A DNA stretch of 64,000 nucleotides from an uncultured Planctomycetaceae bacterium (GTDB lineage Bacteria; Planctomycetota; Planctomycetia; Planctomycetales; Planctomycetaceae), in assembly GCA_963815195.1 (NCBI GenBank), contig CAWFGE010000022.1, positions 288,001 through 352,000 on the forward strand, given 5' to 3'. Positions 19,630 to 30,532 of the stretch are shown here, piece by piece. The translations under genes were made by a program, and so were the position numbers. Every line of letters begins with the position of its first letter. Position 1 is the first letter of the stretch. Under the pieces are notes generated by a model that had not been told where the DNA came from, ran no database searches, and saw only the letters and a list, made by a program, of their open reading frames with translations.

Positions 19630-20367
19630 ATGCTGGCTCAGAAACGATGGATCGTCCCCACGGTTTTGGTGTTGTCGGCCGGACTCGCGGGATGCCAAAC
19701 CGGCGGGAAGTTGCCTTGCCGTCAAACGAAGTGTGGCGCGGCGCCCTGTGCTTCGCAGTCCTGCGGGCGGACGGCTGCCCCCAAAGGCGGCTGTCTTGCC
19801 GGGATCTTTGGAAAGAGGTCCTGCATAAACCAGGGCTGCCGGTCAAAAAGCTCAACGCCTTGCGCGACGGGATACAGGACGGGATGCGCTGCGGTTTCCC
19901 AGCCGGCGATGATGCCGGGGCATCCGGTCGCGCCGCGCCAGCCGACCGTTCCGCATCCGCAGGCAGCGAATCCTTATTACGCCCCGCAAGTCGCGCCGAG
20001 GCCAACGGCCCCGGCCATCAATGTCCAGCCGCCCATGCCGCCGATCGAAACAGAGCCAATGCCCGCGCCGGCGATTGCGCCGCCTTTGCCGAAAGCTTCG
20101 CTTGACGAGCAATTTCTCGCGCCGCCGGCCCCGCCGGAAGAAATCGACGCCACGGCCCAAAGGGCGAATCCGTTGATGACGGTCTCCCAAAGCCGGCGCA
20201 TCGGCGAACCGAGCCGCGTGGTCTCCGCGAACCGCCAGGGCGCGGCGAGAACCGCCGAGCGGCAGGCTCCGCAATCCTCAAATCCGCAGTCCTATTCCCG
20301 GGCCTGGGCCGATGCCTTGGGTCTGCCGGCGAAGAATTCGTATCAACCGGACGACTATCAGCGGTAA
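19630..20367 (+). CDS. Cys-rich, Pro-rich hypothetical lipoprotein
   Basis: AAAGGA RBS, lipobox LAGC, ten Cys in the first ~90 aa, then a low-complexity Pro-rich region. Confidence 0.65.
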   Translation: MLAQKRWIVPTVLVLSAGLAGCQTGGKLPCRQTKCGAAPCASQSCGRTAAPKGGCLAGIFGKRSCINQGCRSKSSTPCATGYRTGCAAVSQPAMMPGHPVAPRQPTVPHPQAANPYYAPQVAPRPTAPAINVQPPMPPIETEPMPAPAIAPPLPKASLDEQFLAPPAPPEEIDATAQRANPLMTVSQSRRIGEPSRVVSANRQGAARTAERQAPQSSNPQSYSRAWADALGLPAKNSYQPDDYQR

Positions 20368-20590
20368 ACGTGAGCGGCCGGGCACGCTCTGGTTGGCTGG
20401 CCGCCGGTCTTGACTTTGGCGGTCTCCGTTCGTCAAAACCCGAGGCTAGGGCCTACGGCTCACTTTTTCATCGTCAAAAAAACCAACCAGCCGCAAAGCG
20501 CGAACGCCGCGTTCTCTCCACGAGGACGCGGCGTTCTGGCTTATCGCGCGATTGGGTGTGCGTATCACGAAAGTAGGTAATGGGCAAATT

Positions 20591-20672
20591 TGGGTGGCTT
20601 GTCCCTGAGCCTCAGCGAAGGGCGTGGCCATTGCAAACACCACGCCCTTCGTGCCTCAGGGCGTGCCACCCA
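20591..20672. repeat. REP-like palindromic family B, second copy
   Basis: Near-identical to 11068-11145. Confidence 0.9.
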
Positions 20673-21008
20673 GATCCACTTGAAAAATACGTCCAGTCAT
20701 TTTCCACCGACTTTCGCGAGACACACTCTGCGATTGGAAAAAATCTCCGCAGGGAGGATGCGGGCGCGGTGTTTTGGTTATACTGCATCTTCACGGACGC
20801 AAAAAAAGGAAACAGCCGGGAGAATTGTGTTGGTGGGGCAGGAACCGTCACAATCCAACATCCGGCTGTTCAAGTTTAATTTTACCGGCCCGGATTGGGC
20901 GATGCAAACAAATTTTCCCCCGGGCAATCGCTTCGCGGGATTTCCGTTTTGCGGAAATTCGAGAACGATCGGCCCGGTCCTCCAACTCTTTCCACAGGCT
21001 CTGGCACC

Positions 21009-21806
21009 ATGAAGAAGAACCCCGTAAAGGCCGCCTTGAAAGTCGGCAAACCGCAAGTGGGAACCTGGCTTTCGCTCGGCAGCGTGTACGCGGCCCGGCT
21101 GATGTCCCGCGTGGGCTTTCCCTGGCTGACGGTCGATATGGAACACTCGCCGATCGCGTGGGACGAAGCGGCGTTATTGTTCGGGGCGATTGCCGACGCC
21201 GGCTGCGTCCCGTTGGCCCGCGTGCCCTTCGGGGAATATCAACTCATCAAGCGCGTGCTCGATGCGGGGGCGATGGGGATTGTGGTGCCGATGGTGAATA
21301 CCGTCGAAGAGGCCCGCAATGCGATTGCCGCGGCGAAGTATCCGCCCGTCGGCACGCGGTCGGTCGGCGGCGGTTTGCATGCCCTCAACTTCGGGGCGAC
21401 GGCGGGCGATTACTTCCGGTACGCGAACGACGAGATTCTCGTCGTCCTGCAAACCGAATCCCCCGAAGGCGTGGAGAACGCGGAGGAAATCTACAGCCTG
21501 CCCGGCTGCGATGCGATCTTCATCGGACCCAACGATCTTCGCTTCCAGATGCGCGGCCCCGACGGGAAAGACCCGTCGCCCGAAGAGCACGAAGCCATGA
21601 TGCAGCGGGTCCTGGAAGTCGGCAAACGCGTGGGCACGCCGGTGGGCCTCCACGTGCAGACCGTCGAAGACGTGGACCGGCGGATCAAAGAAGGCTTCCA
21701 GTTCATCGCGTTGGGCAGCGAACTGAAATTCATGGTCAACGAAGCCACCCGCCTGTTGAGCGGCCTCGACATGCAGGAAACCAGCGCGGATCTGGCGCGG
21801 TATTGA
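21009..21806 (+). CDS. HpcH/HpaI aldolase family (2-dehydro-3-deoxyglucarate aldolase-like)
   Basis: [50 protein letters not shown]. Confidence 0.92.
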   Translation: MKKNPVKAALKVGKPQVGTWLSLGSVYAARLMSRVGFPWLTVDMEHSPIAWDEAALLFGAIADAGCVPLARVPFGEYQLIKRVLDAGAMGIVVPMVNTVEEARNAIAAAKYPPVGTRSVGGGLHALNFGATAGDYFRYANDEILVVLQTESPEGVENAEEIYSLPGCDAIFIGPNDLRFQMRGPDGKDPSPEEHEAMMQRVLEVGKRVGTPVGLHVQTVEDVDRRIKEGFQFIALGSELKFMVNEATRLLSGLDMQETSADLARY

Positions 21807-21830
21807 GATCGTCCGTTCCTGAAATCACCC

Positions 21831-21859
21831 GGCGAGCGTGGGGCGTAAGCCCCATGATC
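21831..21859. repeat. REP-like family E (GGCGAGCGTGGGGCGTAAGCCCCATGATC)
   Basis: Copies at 27358-27385 (inverted) and 30533-30561. Confidence 0.88.
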
Positions 21860-21896
21860 TCGTGGAATGTCCCAAACCAAACGCCTTCCGATTCGT

Positions 21897-22841
21897 ATGA
21901 AGAAATTCACGATTCATTGTTTCATCGTCTTCGCAAGTTCCCTGTTGTGGACCGGGTGCGGGAACGATGCGCCGGCCCCGAGGGCCGATAAATCAAAACA
22001 AACGGCGAGTTCGCCCGCTCCTGCTAAGAAGCCCAAGCCGTCACAAAGCACGGTGTCCGCTTCGCCGCCCACGCCGAAAGTGCCGCCGATTAAGCCGTTG
22101 ACTTTGGGAGCCTTGGGCGGCGGGGATGCTTCGACCGGCGGCCAGGATCAAAACAAATCCGCGGCCGGCCAAGACACGATGAACAGCGTGCTCGAAGCGA
22201 TGAAGCCGCTGCAGATTTTCCTCGGCGACTGGAACACCACGACCCGCAACATGGGCGCGGATCCGCGAAATGGATTTGGGATTTTCGCACCGACAGAAAG
22301 CAGCCCGCCCTCGTGATGAGCACGAAGGACCATCCGTACTTTGAAACAGTGCGGTTGACGTTCCTCACCGATCGGCAAAAGTTCGAGCTGACCGCAAAGG
22401 ATAACGAGGGCAAGCAAAGAACCTACGAGGGCGAGTTCACCGAAAAGCCGCATTTCGAAGAAGGCGAAGGCGGCAAGTTGGAGCCGCGGTTTGAAATGAC
22501 GCTCGCCGAAGTCGGCAACGACGAGGCCCGCAAGCTCGTGGGCGTCAAGCTCACCCAGCGAAACCGCAACCGGATGTGGTTGGAAGTCTATCAGCGCCTC
22601 CGGCAAAAAACTTCGCCTGCAGGACAACGTCGCCAGCCAGCGCGAAGGCACGTCCTTCGCCCTCGCCGAAACCAACTACGGCGACCGCGAGTGCATCGTC
22701 TCCCAGGGCCTGGGCACGATGACCGTCAGCTACATGGGCAAGACCTATTACGTCTGCTGCTCCGGCTGCCAGGGCGCGTTTAACGATGATCCCACGTTCT
22801 GGATCAAGAAAGCCCTCGAACGCAAAAAGTCCAAAAAATAG
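21897..22841 (+). CDS. Lipoprotein with C-terminal YHS/TRASH-like metal-binding motif (apparent frameshifts near 22259 and 22605)
   Basis: Lipobox WTGC; joined frames end ...ECIVSQGLGTMTVSYMGKTYYVCCSGCQGAFNDDP...KSKK, stop at 22841. Confidence 0.75.
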
Positions 22842-22880
22842 GATGGAGTTTTACAAGCGGGAGGCCCACGTCTCGCCGTT

Positions 22881-23582
22881 CTAAAAATCTTCGTCCTCAT
22901 CGAAATCTTCGCCGCCGACTTTGACGATCCGGTCATCGGGTGCAAAGTCGAGATCGCCGAACGACTCCATAGGCATCAGATAGTGATAGCCGTCCGGTCC
23001 GCCGCAGTGGGCATCGAGGACCGCCATGATCCGCCGGCATTCGGAGGGTGACTGGGAGGGGCCGGAGATGAAGAACGGCTTGCCGTCTTTGCCCATCGGA
23101 AAGGTTTCGCGGGCCAGGTCCGGATCGATGCCATCGAGAATCGGCCGCAGTTTGCGGAAATCGGCATAGGGGGAAAGGCCGACGGAGGCGGCAAATGCCA
23201 CCGCATCGTCGATCAACTTCCGGGCCGACGGCGGGTCGATCGGCCGGACGCCTTGTTTTTTGAATCGCTCAAGTTGTTTTCCGTAATTGGCCGCCGGAAC
23301 CTCGCCGAAGCAATCCTTGACGCCCAGGCAATAGGTATCGACCAGGAAGATGGCAAATGCCAATTCTCCGGACGAAGACCTGCGGCCGATGAACAGGCTG
23401 GCCAGGCCCCGCTCTTCAAATTCCGCATTGACGAGGCAATCCACCACGGGGGCCGACGCGAACCGGCCGAGCCGTTCCGCCGTGCTCATGTTTTTTGCCC
23501 GGTGGATTTCCCGGTGTTTCTCGGTGCGTTTCGCTTTTTGTTTTGCCAGCCGCTTTTGACGTTTTGCTTCCGAACGGGCCAT
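22881..23582 (-). CDS. Hypothetical protein with basic N-terminus
   Basis: AAGGAG RBS; FLVDTYCLGVKDCF and GKDGKPFFISGP; 233-aa ORF with coding-like usage. Confidence 0.7.
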   Translation of the reverse strand: MARSEAKRQKRLAKQKAKRTEKHREIHRAKNMSTAERLGRFASAPVVDCLVNAEFEERGLASLFIGRRSSSGELAFAIFLVDTYCLGVKDCFGEVPAANYGKQLERFKKQGVRPIDPPSARKLIDDAVAFAASVGLSPYADFRKLRPILDGIDPDLARETFPMGKDGKPFFISGPSQSPSECRRIMAVLDAHCGGPDGYHYLMPMESFGDLDFAPDDRIVKVGGEDFDEDEDF

Positions 23583-23801
23583 GACTCACTCCTTGAAATC
23601 GAAACCTTATTCTCCAGGACAACGGCCGGCGACGACCGGCCTCCGGGTGGTCGATTATAGCGTTTCATAAACGTTCCGCGAGGGTCCTGCTTTTGTAAAA
23701 CACACACGGAGCCGCGAAAGAAAAATGCCGCGTTTGCTCAAATCGCATCGTGGTGATAGGCTGTTTTCCATTCCATTGCCCCCATTCAAGGAACCGAAAA
23801 C

Positions 23802-24617
23802 ATGCCCGACCTGGTTTACTGCTTGAACTCTAGTACGATCAAGCCCGCGCCGATTCTCGATAAGATTCGCATCGCGGCGGAAACGGGATACCGGGCGATC
23901 GAGCTCTGGCACGATGACATCGATCTGTACCTGAGCGGCGGCGGAACGTTGGCGGACATCAAGCAGGCGGTGGATGACCGCGGGCTGTTGGTGCCGACGA
24001 CGATCTTTCTCAAAGGCTGGTGGGACAACACCGGCGAGGCGTATGTCAAAGCGATGGACGAGATCAAACGCCGGCTGAACCAGGCGGCCGCGGTTGGGGC
24101 GCCGCATGCGATCGCCGGGCCGCCGCTGGAGGGAGCGGGCGATTTCGATTACGGAGCGGAGCAATACCGCAAGCTTCTGGAAGTCGGCCGGGAGTTCGGC
24201 GTGAAGCCGGTGATGGAGTATCTGGGCTTCGCGAAGGAAGTCAACACGATCGCCATCGCCGTGGAGATCATGGAGAAGTCCGGCGACCCCGATGCGACCA
24301 CGGTGATCGACCCGTTCCACTGCCACCGGGGCGGCGGCGGGATTGAAGACATCGCCCGGCTGAGGGCCGAGCAAATCGCGGTCTCGCACTTCAACGACGC
24401 CCCCGCCGACCCGCCCCGCGAAACTCAGCGCGATCCGGACCGCGTGATGCCCGGCGACGGCGTGATCGACCTCAAACGCTACGTCAGCCTGTTGAAAGGC
24501 GCCGGGTACGACCGCTGCATTTCTTTGGAACTCTTTCGCGAAGACCTCTGGCGACAAGACCCGCGGGAAGTCGCCAGGCTCGGTCTGGAAAAAATGCGGG
24601 CCGTCGTGGAAGGCTAA
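23802..24617 (+). CDS. Sugar phosphate isomerase/epimerase (xylose-isomerase-like TIM barrel)
   Basis: GYRAIELW, VMEYLGF, IDPFH, SHFND, RVMPGDGVIDL, ISLELF. Confidence 0.9.
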   Translation: MPDLVYCLNSSTIKPAPILDKIRIAAETGYRAIELWHDDIDLYLSGGGTLADIKQAVDDRGLLVPTTIFLKGWWDNTGEAYVKAMDEIKRRLNQAAAVGAPHAIAGPPLEGAGDFDYGAEQYRKLLEVGREFGVKPVMEYLGFAKEVNTIAIAVEIMEKSGDPDATTVIDPFHCHRGGGGIEDIARLRAEQIAVSHFNDAPADPPRETQRDPDRVMPGDGVIDLKRYVSLLKGAGYDRCISLELFREDLWRQDPREVARLGLEKMRAVVEG

Positions 24618-25738
24618 CGTTCGGCGGGTGCGGTTTGGAGGGCGGCGCGAAAGGTCAAGCACACCCGGCAGCCGTGAGGCTCGCGGGATTCCAAGCGGAT
24701 GCTCCCGCCGAGGTGGGTCACCACCGACTGGCACAGAGGCAGGCCCAGGCCGTCGTTTTCGGGAATTGTGCTGAAAAACGGATCGAACAGCCGGTCGCGA
24801 ATTTCCGCGGCAATGCCGTCGCCGTTGTCCTCGACGGTCGCTTCGAGAAAACCGGGAGGGGCATCGTGGATTTGGATCCAGACGTTCCGCTCGGCCGTCC
24901 GCGTGCGGACGGTGGCTTCGACGGCGTTGAGGATCAGATTGTACATGACGTGGGTCAGCGAGGCCGAGTCGCCCCAAACCGCCGGCAGGGCTTCGGGGAA
25001 TTGCAGCGCATAGTCGACGCCGTGCTGCTCCAAGGCGGGCCGGGCCAACTCGATCGCGTTTTGGAACACATCGACGAGCCGGCACGTTGACGGTTCGGGT
25101 TTGCGATCCCGCACGAAGTCCCGCACCTGCCGGACAATTCGGCTGGCGGAATCGCAGAGTTCCAGGATTTCGGCAAACGCATGGTCGGTGTCTTCGGGAG
25201 AGAGGCGTTTCCGCTCGAGCCCCATTCTGGCGCCCTGGGCATAATTGGCAATGGCGGCCAAGGGCTGATGCACCTCGTGGGCAAACGCGGCCGCCATCTG
25301 CGCCATCACCGCGCGGCGCATCGTGAGACGCAGTTCGCCGAAAAGGTCTTGAAGGCGGCGGTGAACCTCGGCCTGATTCTTCAAGAGGCCCACAATCAGG
25401 CTGGAGTGCGTCACGATGCCGGCAAATTCCCCGGCCGCATCCACGACCGAGACGGCGTCGACGGCGTTCCAGTCGAGGTTCTGTAGTTCGGAAACGGGCG
25501 TGTCGTCGCGAACGGCCTCGCCCGCGGAAGCCGTCAGCATGTCGGCAAAAATCCGCGTCGGCAGGTGATGGGACGCGTTCCGCAAGCTCACGAGACCTAA
25601 AAACCGGCCTGCTTCAAACACGGCCACGTGCGAAGCGCGTTTTCCCGAAACGAGTGCGGGCAAATCGTGGAATTGCTGTTCCGCCTCCGCGTACAGAACC
25701 CCCTCGCTCAACAGATCCCGCGCCTTCTGTTCGTTCAT
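24614..25738 (-). CDS. CBS-domain sensor histidine kinase (soluble)
   Basis: CBS-like pair (RFLGLVSLRN; VVDAAGEFAGIVTHSSL), H-box AHEVHQPL, NLILNAVEA, DNGDGI, FDPFFST, GLGL. Confidence 0.85.
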   Translation of the reverse strand: MNEQKARDLLSEGVLYAEAEQQFHDLPALVSGKRASHVAVFEAGRFLGLVSLRNASHHLPTRIFADMLTASAGEAVRDDTPVSELQNLDWNAVDAVSVVDAAGEFAGIVTHSSLIVGLLKNQAEVHRRLQDLFGELRLTMRRAVMAQMAAAFAHEVHQPLAAIANYAQGARMGLERKRLSPEDTDHAFAEILELCDSASRIVRQVRDFVRDRKPEPSTCRLVDVFQNAIELARPALEQHGVDYALQFPEALPAVWGDSASLTHVMYNLILNAVEATVRTRTAERNVWIQIHDAPPGFLEATVEDNGDGIAAEIRDRLFDPFFSTIPENDGLGLPLCQSVVTHLGGSIRLESREPHGCRVCLTFRAALQTAPAER

Positions 25739-26118
25739 CGTTTGATTTCAACTTCAAGCTCCGCATCGATGTCGATCATCATCACCTCGTGCGGACTCAT
25801 CAGGTTTTTGACGGATTCCAGGATCAAGACTTTCAATTCATCGATGGGAAGCCGCTTGAGAATATCCCGGCGGACGATAATCGCAGCGACCGTGGCATCG
25901 TTGACATCGATCCGCTCGAAAGGCCGCCCGTTCATCAAACCCAGCGCGCGATTCATGGCTTCGGGGCCAATGGGGGACCCCGCTCCCACCACGACGATGT
26001 CTCGCACGATGGGGATTTTGAAATCGCGAATCCGCATTTGAATGTGCTTTTTCGCCTGGTTGGTAAAACCGGATTTTTCCAGGGATTCTTCGGCCTTGCT
26101 TTTTTTCTGTTTTGCCAC
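25735..26118 (-). CDS. Hypothetical protein (127 aa), translationally coupled to the CBS kinase
   Basis: GTG start inferred; ATGA overlap with downstream gene; no recognised motif. Confidence 0.7.
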   Translation of the reverse strand: MAKQKKSKAEESLEKSGFTNQAKKHIQMRIRDFKIPIVRDIVVVGAGSPIGPEAMNRALGLMNGRPFERIDVNDATVAAIIVRRDILKRLPIDELKVLILESVKNLMSPHEVMMIDIDAELEVEIKR

Positions 26119-26236
26119 GGTTTTTGATCTTGAAAAGAGTCGTCGCACCGGATGGAGTCGTGCGCGTAAGAATAGCAATCCGCGCCCTGGAACGCCATCT
26201 CATTCCGTTGGATCTCCCCGCCGACGACGCGCGGGA

Positions 26237-27319
26237 TCAAACGCCGGCAAGTCCGCTGAGGGCGTCGAAGCGGGGCAGGATCAATAGGCGCTCTTCGACT
26301 TCGAAACAGCCGAGGATGTACGGCCCCCAGCTTTTGCGGGGCAGCGGGCAAGGCCGGTGTTCGGCGGGCAGCCGCAACGATTGAATCCGCCCCATCGCAG
26401 GCAGCGCCGCCAAACCGAGGTGCCGGGGATCGCGGACGATCAGCAAATGGTTGACTGCGTCCTGCGGGATGTCGAAATGCAGCGAGGCTTGCATATCGAT
26501 CACCGGGACGGGGCAGTTTCGCCAATGCACGAATCCCAAAATCGCCTCATGAGTCCCGGGCACAGGGACCAGCGGGAGCGGCTCGGAGATTTCCACGACT
26601 TGCGAAATGCTCAAGCCAACCAAGAGTTGCCAATCGTTGATCACGCCCGCGGGGAACGTCACCATCTGTTGATTGGCCCGCTGGTTCGCCGGCGGCGCGG
26701 CCAATGCATGCCGGCGGCGGAGCCGGTCCAAGGGAACGCCCGGCACGTTCGCCTGTTGGGCCTCGGGCCATAAGCTGTTCGGGTTCAAAAGCAGGTGCAT
26801 TTGATGCGCCGCCCGGCGGCGATTTTGGGGCAGCTCCGCAGGTTCGCTCACGCCGGGCATATGCCGGGAAACGAACGCCTCCTTGGAAACTTTTCGTTCG
26901 CGGGTAAAGTCCACAATTCCCCGGAAGTGGCCGCCGGCGTGCTCCAAGGCTTTGGGCAGCGGGAGCAGGTTGTCTTCGGAGATTCGAATCACGCGGGACA
27001 CGCTCTCCACCAAAAGCCCGTACATGGTTTGGGGATGATCGATCAGGATCGTGTAATGCCGGCTTTCCGCGGAATCCTGCGGGAGCGAAAGCAAATCGGC
27101 AAGATCAAACACGGGGACGTTCCGGCCGCGATGGGAAATCGATCCCACCGAACCGGCGGGCGCGTTCGCCGGGGCCGGCACGAGATCGCGCGACGGTTTC
27201 ACCCCCGCGACCGCGGACATCTCCAAGCAATAAATGTCGTCGCCCGAGCTGCAGCGGATCACATCCACATTCGCCTGCTGGGCGGTTTGACGACGCTTTG
27301 ACGACAACACGGCGCTCAT
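26237..27319 (-). CDS. Double CheW-domain protein (ChpC-like position)
   Basis: GSISHRGRNVPVFDLADLL..GLLVESVSRVI and LVPVPG..ILGFVHWRNCPVPVIDM. Confidence 0.85.
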   Translation of the reverse strand: MSAVLSSKRRQTAQQANVDVIRCSSGDDIYCLEMSAVAGVKPSRDLVPAPANAPAGSVGSISHRGRNVPVFDLADLLSLPQDSAESRHYTILIDHPQTMYGLLVESVSRVIRISEDNLLPLPKALEHAGGHFRGIVDFTRERKVSKEAFVSRHMPGVSEPAELPQNRRRAAHQMHLLLNPNSLWPEAQQANVPGVPLDRLRRRHALAAPPANQRANQQMVTFPAGVINDWQLLVGLSISQVVEISEPLPLVPVPGTHEAILGFVHWRNCPVPVIDMQASLHFDIPQDAVNHLLIVRDPRHLGLAALPAMGRIQSLRLPAEHRPCPLPRKSWGPYILGCFEVEERLLILPRFDALSGLAGV

Positions 27320-27357
27320 GGTTCAACCGGGTCGAGTGGGACAACTTGTGGGAAGCA

Positions 27358-27385
27358 ATCATGGGGCTCACGCCCCACGCTTGCC
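27358..27385. repeat. REP-like family E, inverted copy downstream of cheA
   Basis: ATCATGGGGCTCACGCCCCACGCTTGCC. Confidence 0.85.
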
Positions 27386-27407
27386 GGAATATTGCAATGG
27401 ACAAAAC

Positions 27408-30400
27408 TCAAACCAGCAGCCGGGCCGGCGAACCGGGTTTGGGTTGGTGAACGAGTTCGCGAACCAGGCTGAGCAGGGCATCGTCCTGATAAGGTTTCAC
27501 CATATAACCTGTGGCTCCCAGGTCGAGGGCTTTGGTGCGGTGTTTCTCGCCGGCCCGCGAGGTGACCATAATCACCGGGGTATGCCGATACGCCGGCTGC
27601 GATCGCAAAAAGCCCAAGAGTTCGTAGCCGTCCATGCGGGGCATTTCGATGTCCAACAGGAACACGTCGGGCGGTCCGTTCAGACCGTGCAGCACTTCCA
27701 GGGCGTCGCGGCCGTCTTTGGCACCGATGGGAATCCAGCCCACGGACTTGATCAGGTTCGTCGTCACCCGGCGGACGCTCACCGAGTCGTCGGCAATAAA
27801 CACCGTGAGCGGGCGATTCTGCGTCGGCCGCTCGGCGGCCGGTCGCAGATTGGGCACCGCGGACATGTTTTCTTCCTTCTCGCCGACGAGCACGACGGGA
27901 TCGAGAATCGGCACGACCGTTCCGTCGCCTAAAAGAGTCGCTCCCAAAAGCCCTTTGACGCGGACGAGGTGCGTCCCCAACGTTTTGACCACGATGTCCC
28001 GGGCCCCGATGATGGCGTCGATCTGAAAGCCGACTTTGCTTTTGCCGGAACCGAGAATCACCACCGGCAGCATGCTGGAAAGCTCGGTCGCCCCCCACTC
28101 CGCCGCCGAGGGAATGCCCAGGCGGTTCGCCATGCGGTGCAGCGGATGCGTTTCGCCGGCGACCTGAATCACCGGTTCACCCGCAAGACGTTCCACGGCG
28201 TGCGGATCGACCCGCAGGATTTGCACGACGGACGGCATGGGCACGGCGAAGATTTGCTTTTCCACGCGCACCAAAAGCGCCCGCGTGATGGCTTGCGTCA
28301 TCGGCAGGCGAATTGTGAACACCGTCCCCTCCCCGACGACCGAGGCAATCGAAATCGTCCCTTTCAGCGTGCGGATTTTTTCCCGCACGATGTCCATGCC
28401 CACGCCCCGCCCCGAAACCTCCGTCAACTCGCTCGCCGTCGAAAAGCCCGGCTCGAACAGAAGCTGATGGCAGGTGTCCTCATCGAGGGTTTCGGCTTCT
28501 TCCGCGGCGAGCATTCCCAGCTCGATGGCTTTCGCGCGAATCTTCGCCGCGTCGATGCCCCGGCCGTCGTCCGCGACTTCCAGAATCACCTGCATCCCTT
28601 GCGGGAACGCGCGGATCGAAATGTTCGCTTCTTCGGGTTTGCCAAGTTCCACGCGCTCTTCGGGCGATTCGATCCCATGATCGGCCGCGTTTCGCAAGAG
28701 ATGCATCAAGGGTTCGGCGAGTTCTTCAATCGCATTTTTATCCAGCTCGACGTGCTCGCCTTGCAGGGTGAGTTGGATGTTTTTTCCGGTTTGATCGGCC
28801 ACCGTCCGGACCGTGCGCTTCACGCGATCGGCGATCGTTGCCAGCGGAACCATCCGCACGCGGGTCAGGCGGTCCTGGGCTTCCCGCGCGAGCCGGCTTT
28901 GCCGGGTGAGCAGCGCATCGAACTCGCCGGTCAAGTTGTTGAGTTCGCCGCCCACCGTGCCCACGTCGTTCGTGACTTCCGAAAGCGAACGGGCCAAAAG
29001 GTGAAACTCGGTGTAGCGGTCGAATTCCAGTTCGTCGAATTCATCCAGGCGGTTCTTGGACACCCGCAGTGAAGGAGCGGCCGGCAAGACCGGTTTCCAG
29101 CGGTCGGCTTTCGTGAGTTTCCCAATGTCGTTCGCGGGCTTGCCGCGGTCCCAGCGTCCGCCCAGGGCTTCGACTTCGTAATGCGTTTCGAGTTCCTGGG
29201 CGATCCGGCGGAGACGTTCCAAAGAGATCTCCAACTCTTCCACGAAACTGTGAAAGGCGTTCATGCGCTGCTCGAGCGACGAACGATTGATAATCATCTC
29301 GCCCACGAGCCGGCTGACTTCATCGATGCGCTCCAAAGGCACCCGCAAAGCCGGCCCATGATGCACCGTTTCCGGCGGAGCGGCGGGAGCGGCCCGCGGC
29401 GGTTCCGGCGGTTTGAACGCGGGTTTTGCTTTCTCCGCGGCGGCGGGCTGGGCTTTGGGCTCGGCCGGTGTTTCGGCGGCCTCTTTCGCTTCCGGCTGTT
29501 CCTCGAGGGGCTGGAGCTGTTGATCGTATTGCACATACAGCCCGGCGACGGATTGCCGAATCTTGTCGCGGTCAAACGTCCCCTTCGCCAGGTCCTGCAG
29601 CGCGTCGGTGGTTTGGTAGATCAGCTTGATCTGTGCGGGGCTGGGTTGGATTTCCTCATCGTACAGCCGGTCCAACAGGTCCTCCATGCGGTGCGCGATC
29701 TGGGTGATCGTCCGCAGCCCCACCGCGCCCGCGGCCCCTTTCAACGTGTGCGCCGCCCGGCGAAGTTCCTGCACCAACTCCCGGCTGGCGTGGTCCTTTT
29801 CGATCTCTTCCAAGGAACGGTATAAACTCCTCAGATGATCGTCGGCTTCTTCGTTGAACACCTCCAGGAGTTCGGGCGGCACGTTGTCCCGGTCCTTCAA
29901 ATCCCGGTCGATGCCTTCGATGATGGCCGGGTCGATGTCCTCATCTGATCCGTTTTCCTCGGCCGGGGATTCCGCTTCCGCTGCGGCATTTTTTTTCGAG
30001 GACTTGGACGTCTTCGATTTGGCGGACTTCCCGGCGGGTTCTTCGAGCAGCAACTGCAAACTCGCCGAGTTGATGGCGGAATCCAGCGACTCCTGGAGCC
30101 CGGCCATTTGCTCTTCGTCCAACTCCGGGAAGTGATTGCAGTAAGCCCCGACCGCGTCGGAGAGCAGCGTTTCTTCCTTCAGATTTCTTCCCTCGATGCC
30201 TTCGACATACCCGCACAGCGCGCTCCACAGCGCGAACGAAGTCGCCAGGATGTTTTCGTGGGGGGCGTTGTCGTTGGTGAGGCCTTCTTCGAGCACCTCT
30301 TCCAGCAGCCGGGCGACGAGTTCCACGGCGGGGAACTGGACCATCAACGCCGCCCCTTTGACCGAGTGCGCCAGGCGATGGGCTTCTTCGAGCGCGGCGG

Positions 30401-30512
30401 GATCCCATTCCCCGTGGTCGAGCGATTGCAGCAGATCGCCCGCCGTGCGGACTGAGTCCTGCACTTCGACGAGAAACCCATCGAGCAATTCTCGTGTGAT
30501 CTTGCGGGACAT
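27408..30512 (-). CDS. cheA: CheA-like hybrid kinase (2 Hpt, HATPase, CheW, REC), ChpA/PilL type
   Basis: AHSVKGAA, AHTLKGAA, LEFDRYTEFHLL, HLLRNAADHGIE, DDGRGID, FEPGFSTA..VSGRGVGMD, REC DDSVSVR..LDIEMPRMDG..KPY. Confidence 0.95.
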   Translation of the reverse strand: MSRKITRELLDGFLVEVQDSVRTAGDLLQSLDHGEWDPAALEEAHRLAHSVKGAALMVQFPAVELVARLLEEVLEEGLTNDNAPHENILATSFALWSALCGYVEGIEGRNLKEETLLSDAVGAYCNHFPELDEEQMAGLQESLDSAINSASLQLLLEEPAGKSAKSKTSKSSKKNAAAEAESPAEENGSDEDIDPAIIEGIDRDLKDRDNVPPELLEVFNEEADDHLRSLYRSLEEIEKDHASRELVQELRRAAHTLKGAAGAVGLRTITQIAHRMEDLLDRLYDEEIQPSPAQIKLIYQTTDALQDLAKGTFDRDKIRQSVAGLYVQYDQQLQPLEEQPEAKEAAETPAEPKAQPAAAEKAKPAFKPPEPPRAAPAAPPETVHHGPALRVPLERIDEVSRLVGEMIINRSSLEQRMNAFHSFVEELEISLERLRRIAQELETHYEVEALGGRWDRGKPANDIGKLTKADRWKPVLPAAPSLRVSKNRLDEFDELEFDRYTEFHLLARSLSEVTNDVGTVGGELNNLTGEFDALLTRQSRLAREAQDRLTRVRMVPLATIADRVKRTVRTVADQTGKNIQLTLQGEHVELDKNAIEELAEPLMHLLRNAADHGIESPEERVELGKPEEANISIRAFPQGMQVILEVADDGRGIDAAKIRAKAIELGMLAAEEAETLDEDTCHQLLFEPGFSTASELTEVSGRGVGMDIVREKIRTLKGTISIASVVGEGTVFTIRLPMTQAITRALLVRVEKQIFAVPMPSVVQILRVDPHAVERLAGEPVIQVAGETHPLHRMANRLGIPSAAEWGATELSSMLPVVILGSGKSKVGFQIDAIIGARDIVVKTLGTHLVRVKGLLGATLLGDGTVVPILDPVVLVGEKEENMSAVPNLRPAAERPTQNRPLTVFIADDSVSVRRVTTNLIKSVGWIPIGAKDGRDALEVLHGLNGPPDVFLLDIEMPRMDGYELLGFLRSQPAYRHTPVIMVTSRAGEKHRTKALDLGATGYMVKPYQDDALLSLVRELVHQPKPGSPARLLV

Positions 30513-30532
30513 GTCTCTTCCTTCCAGGGGCA

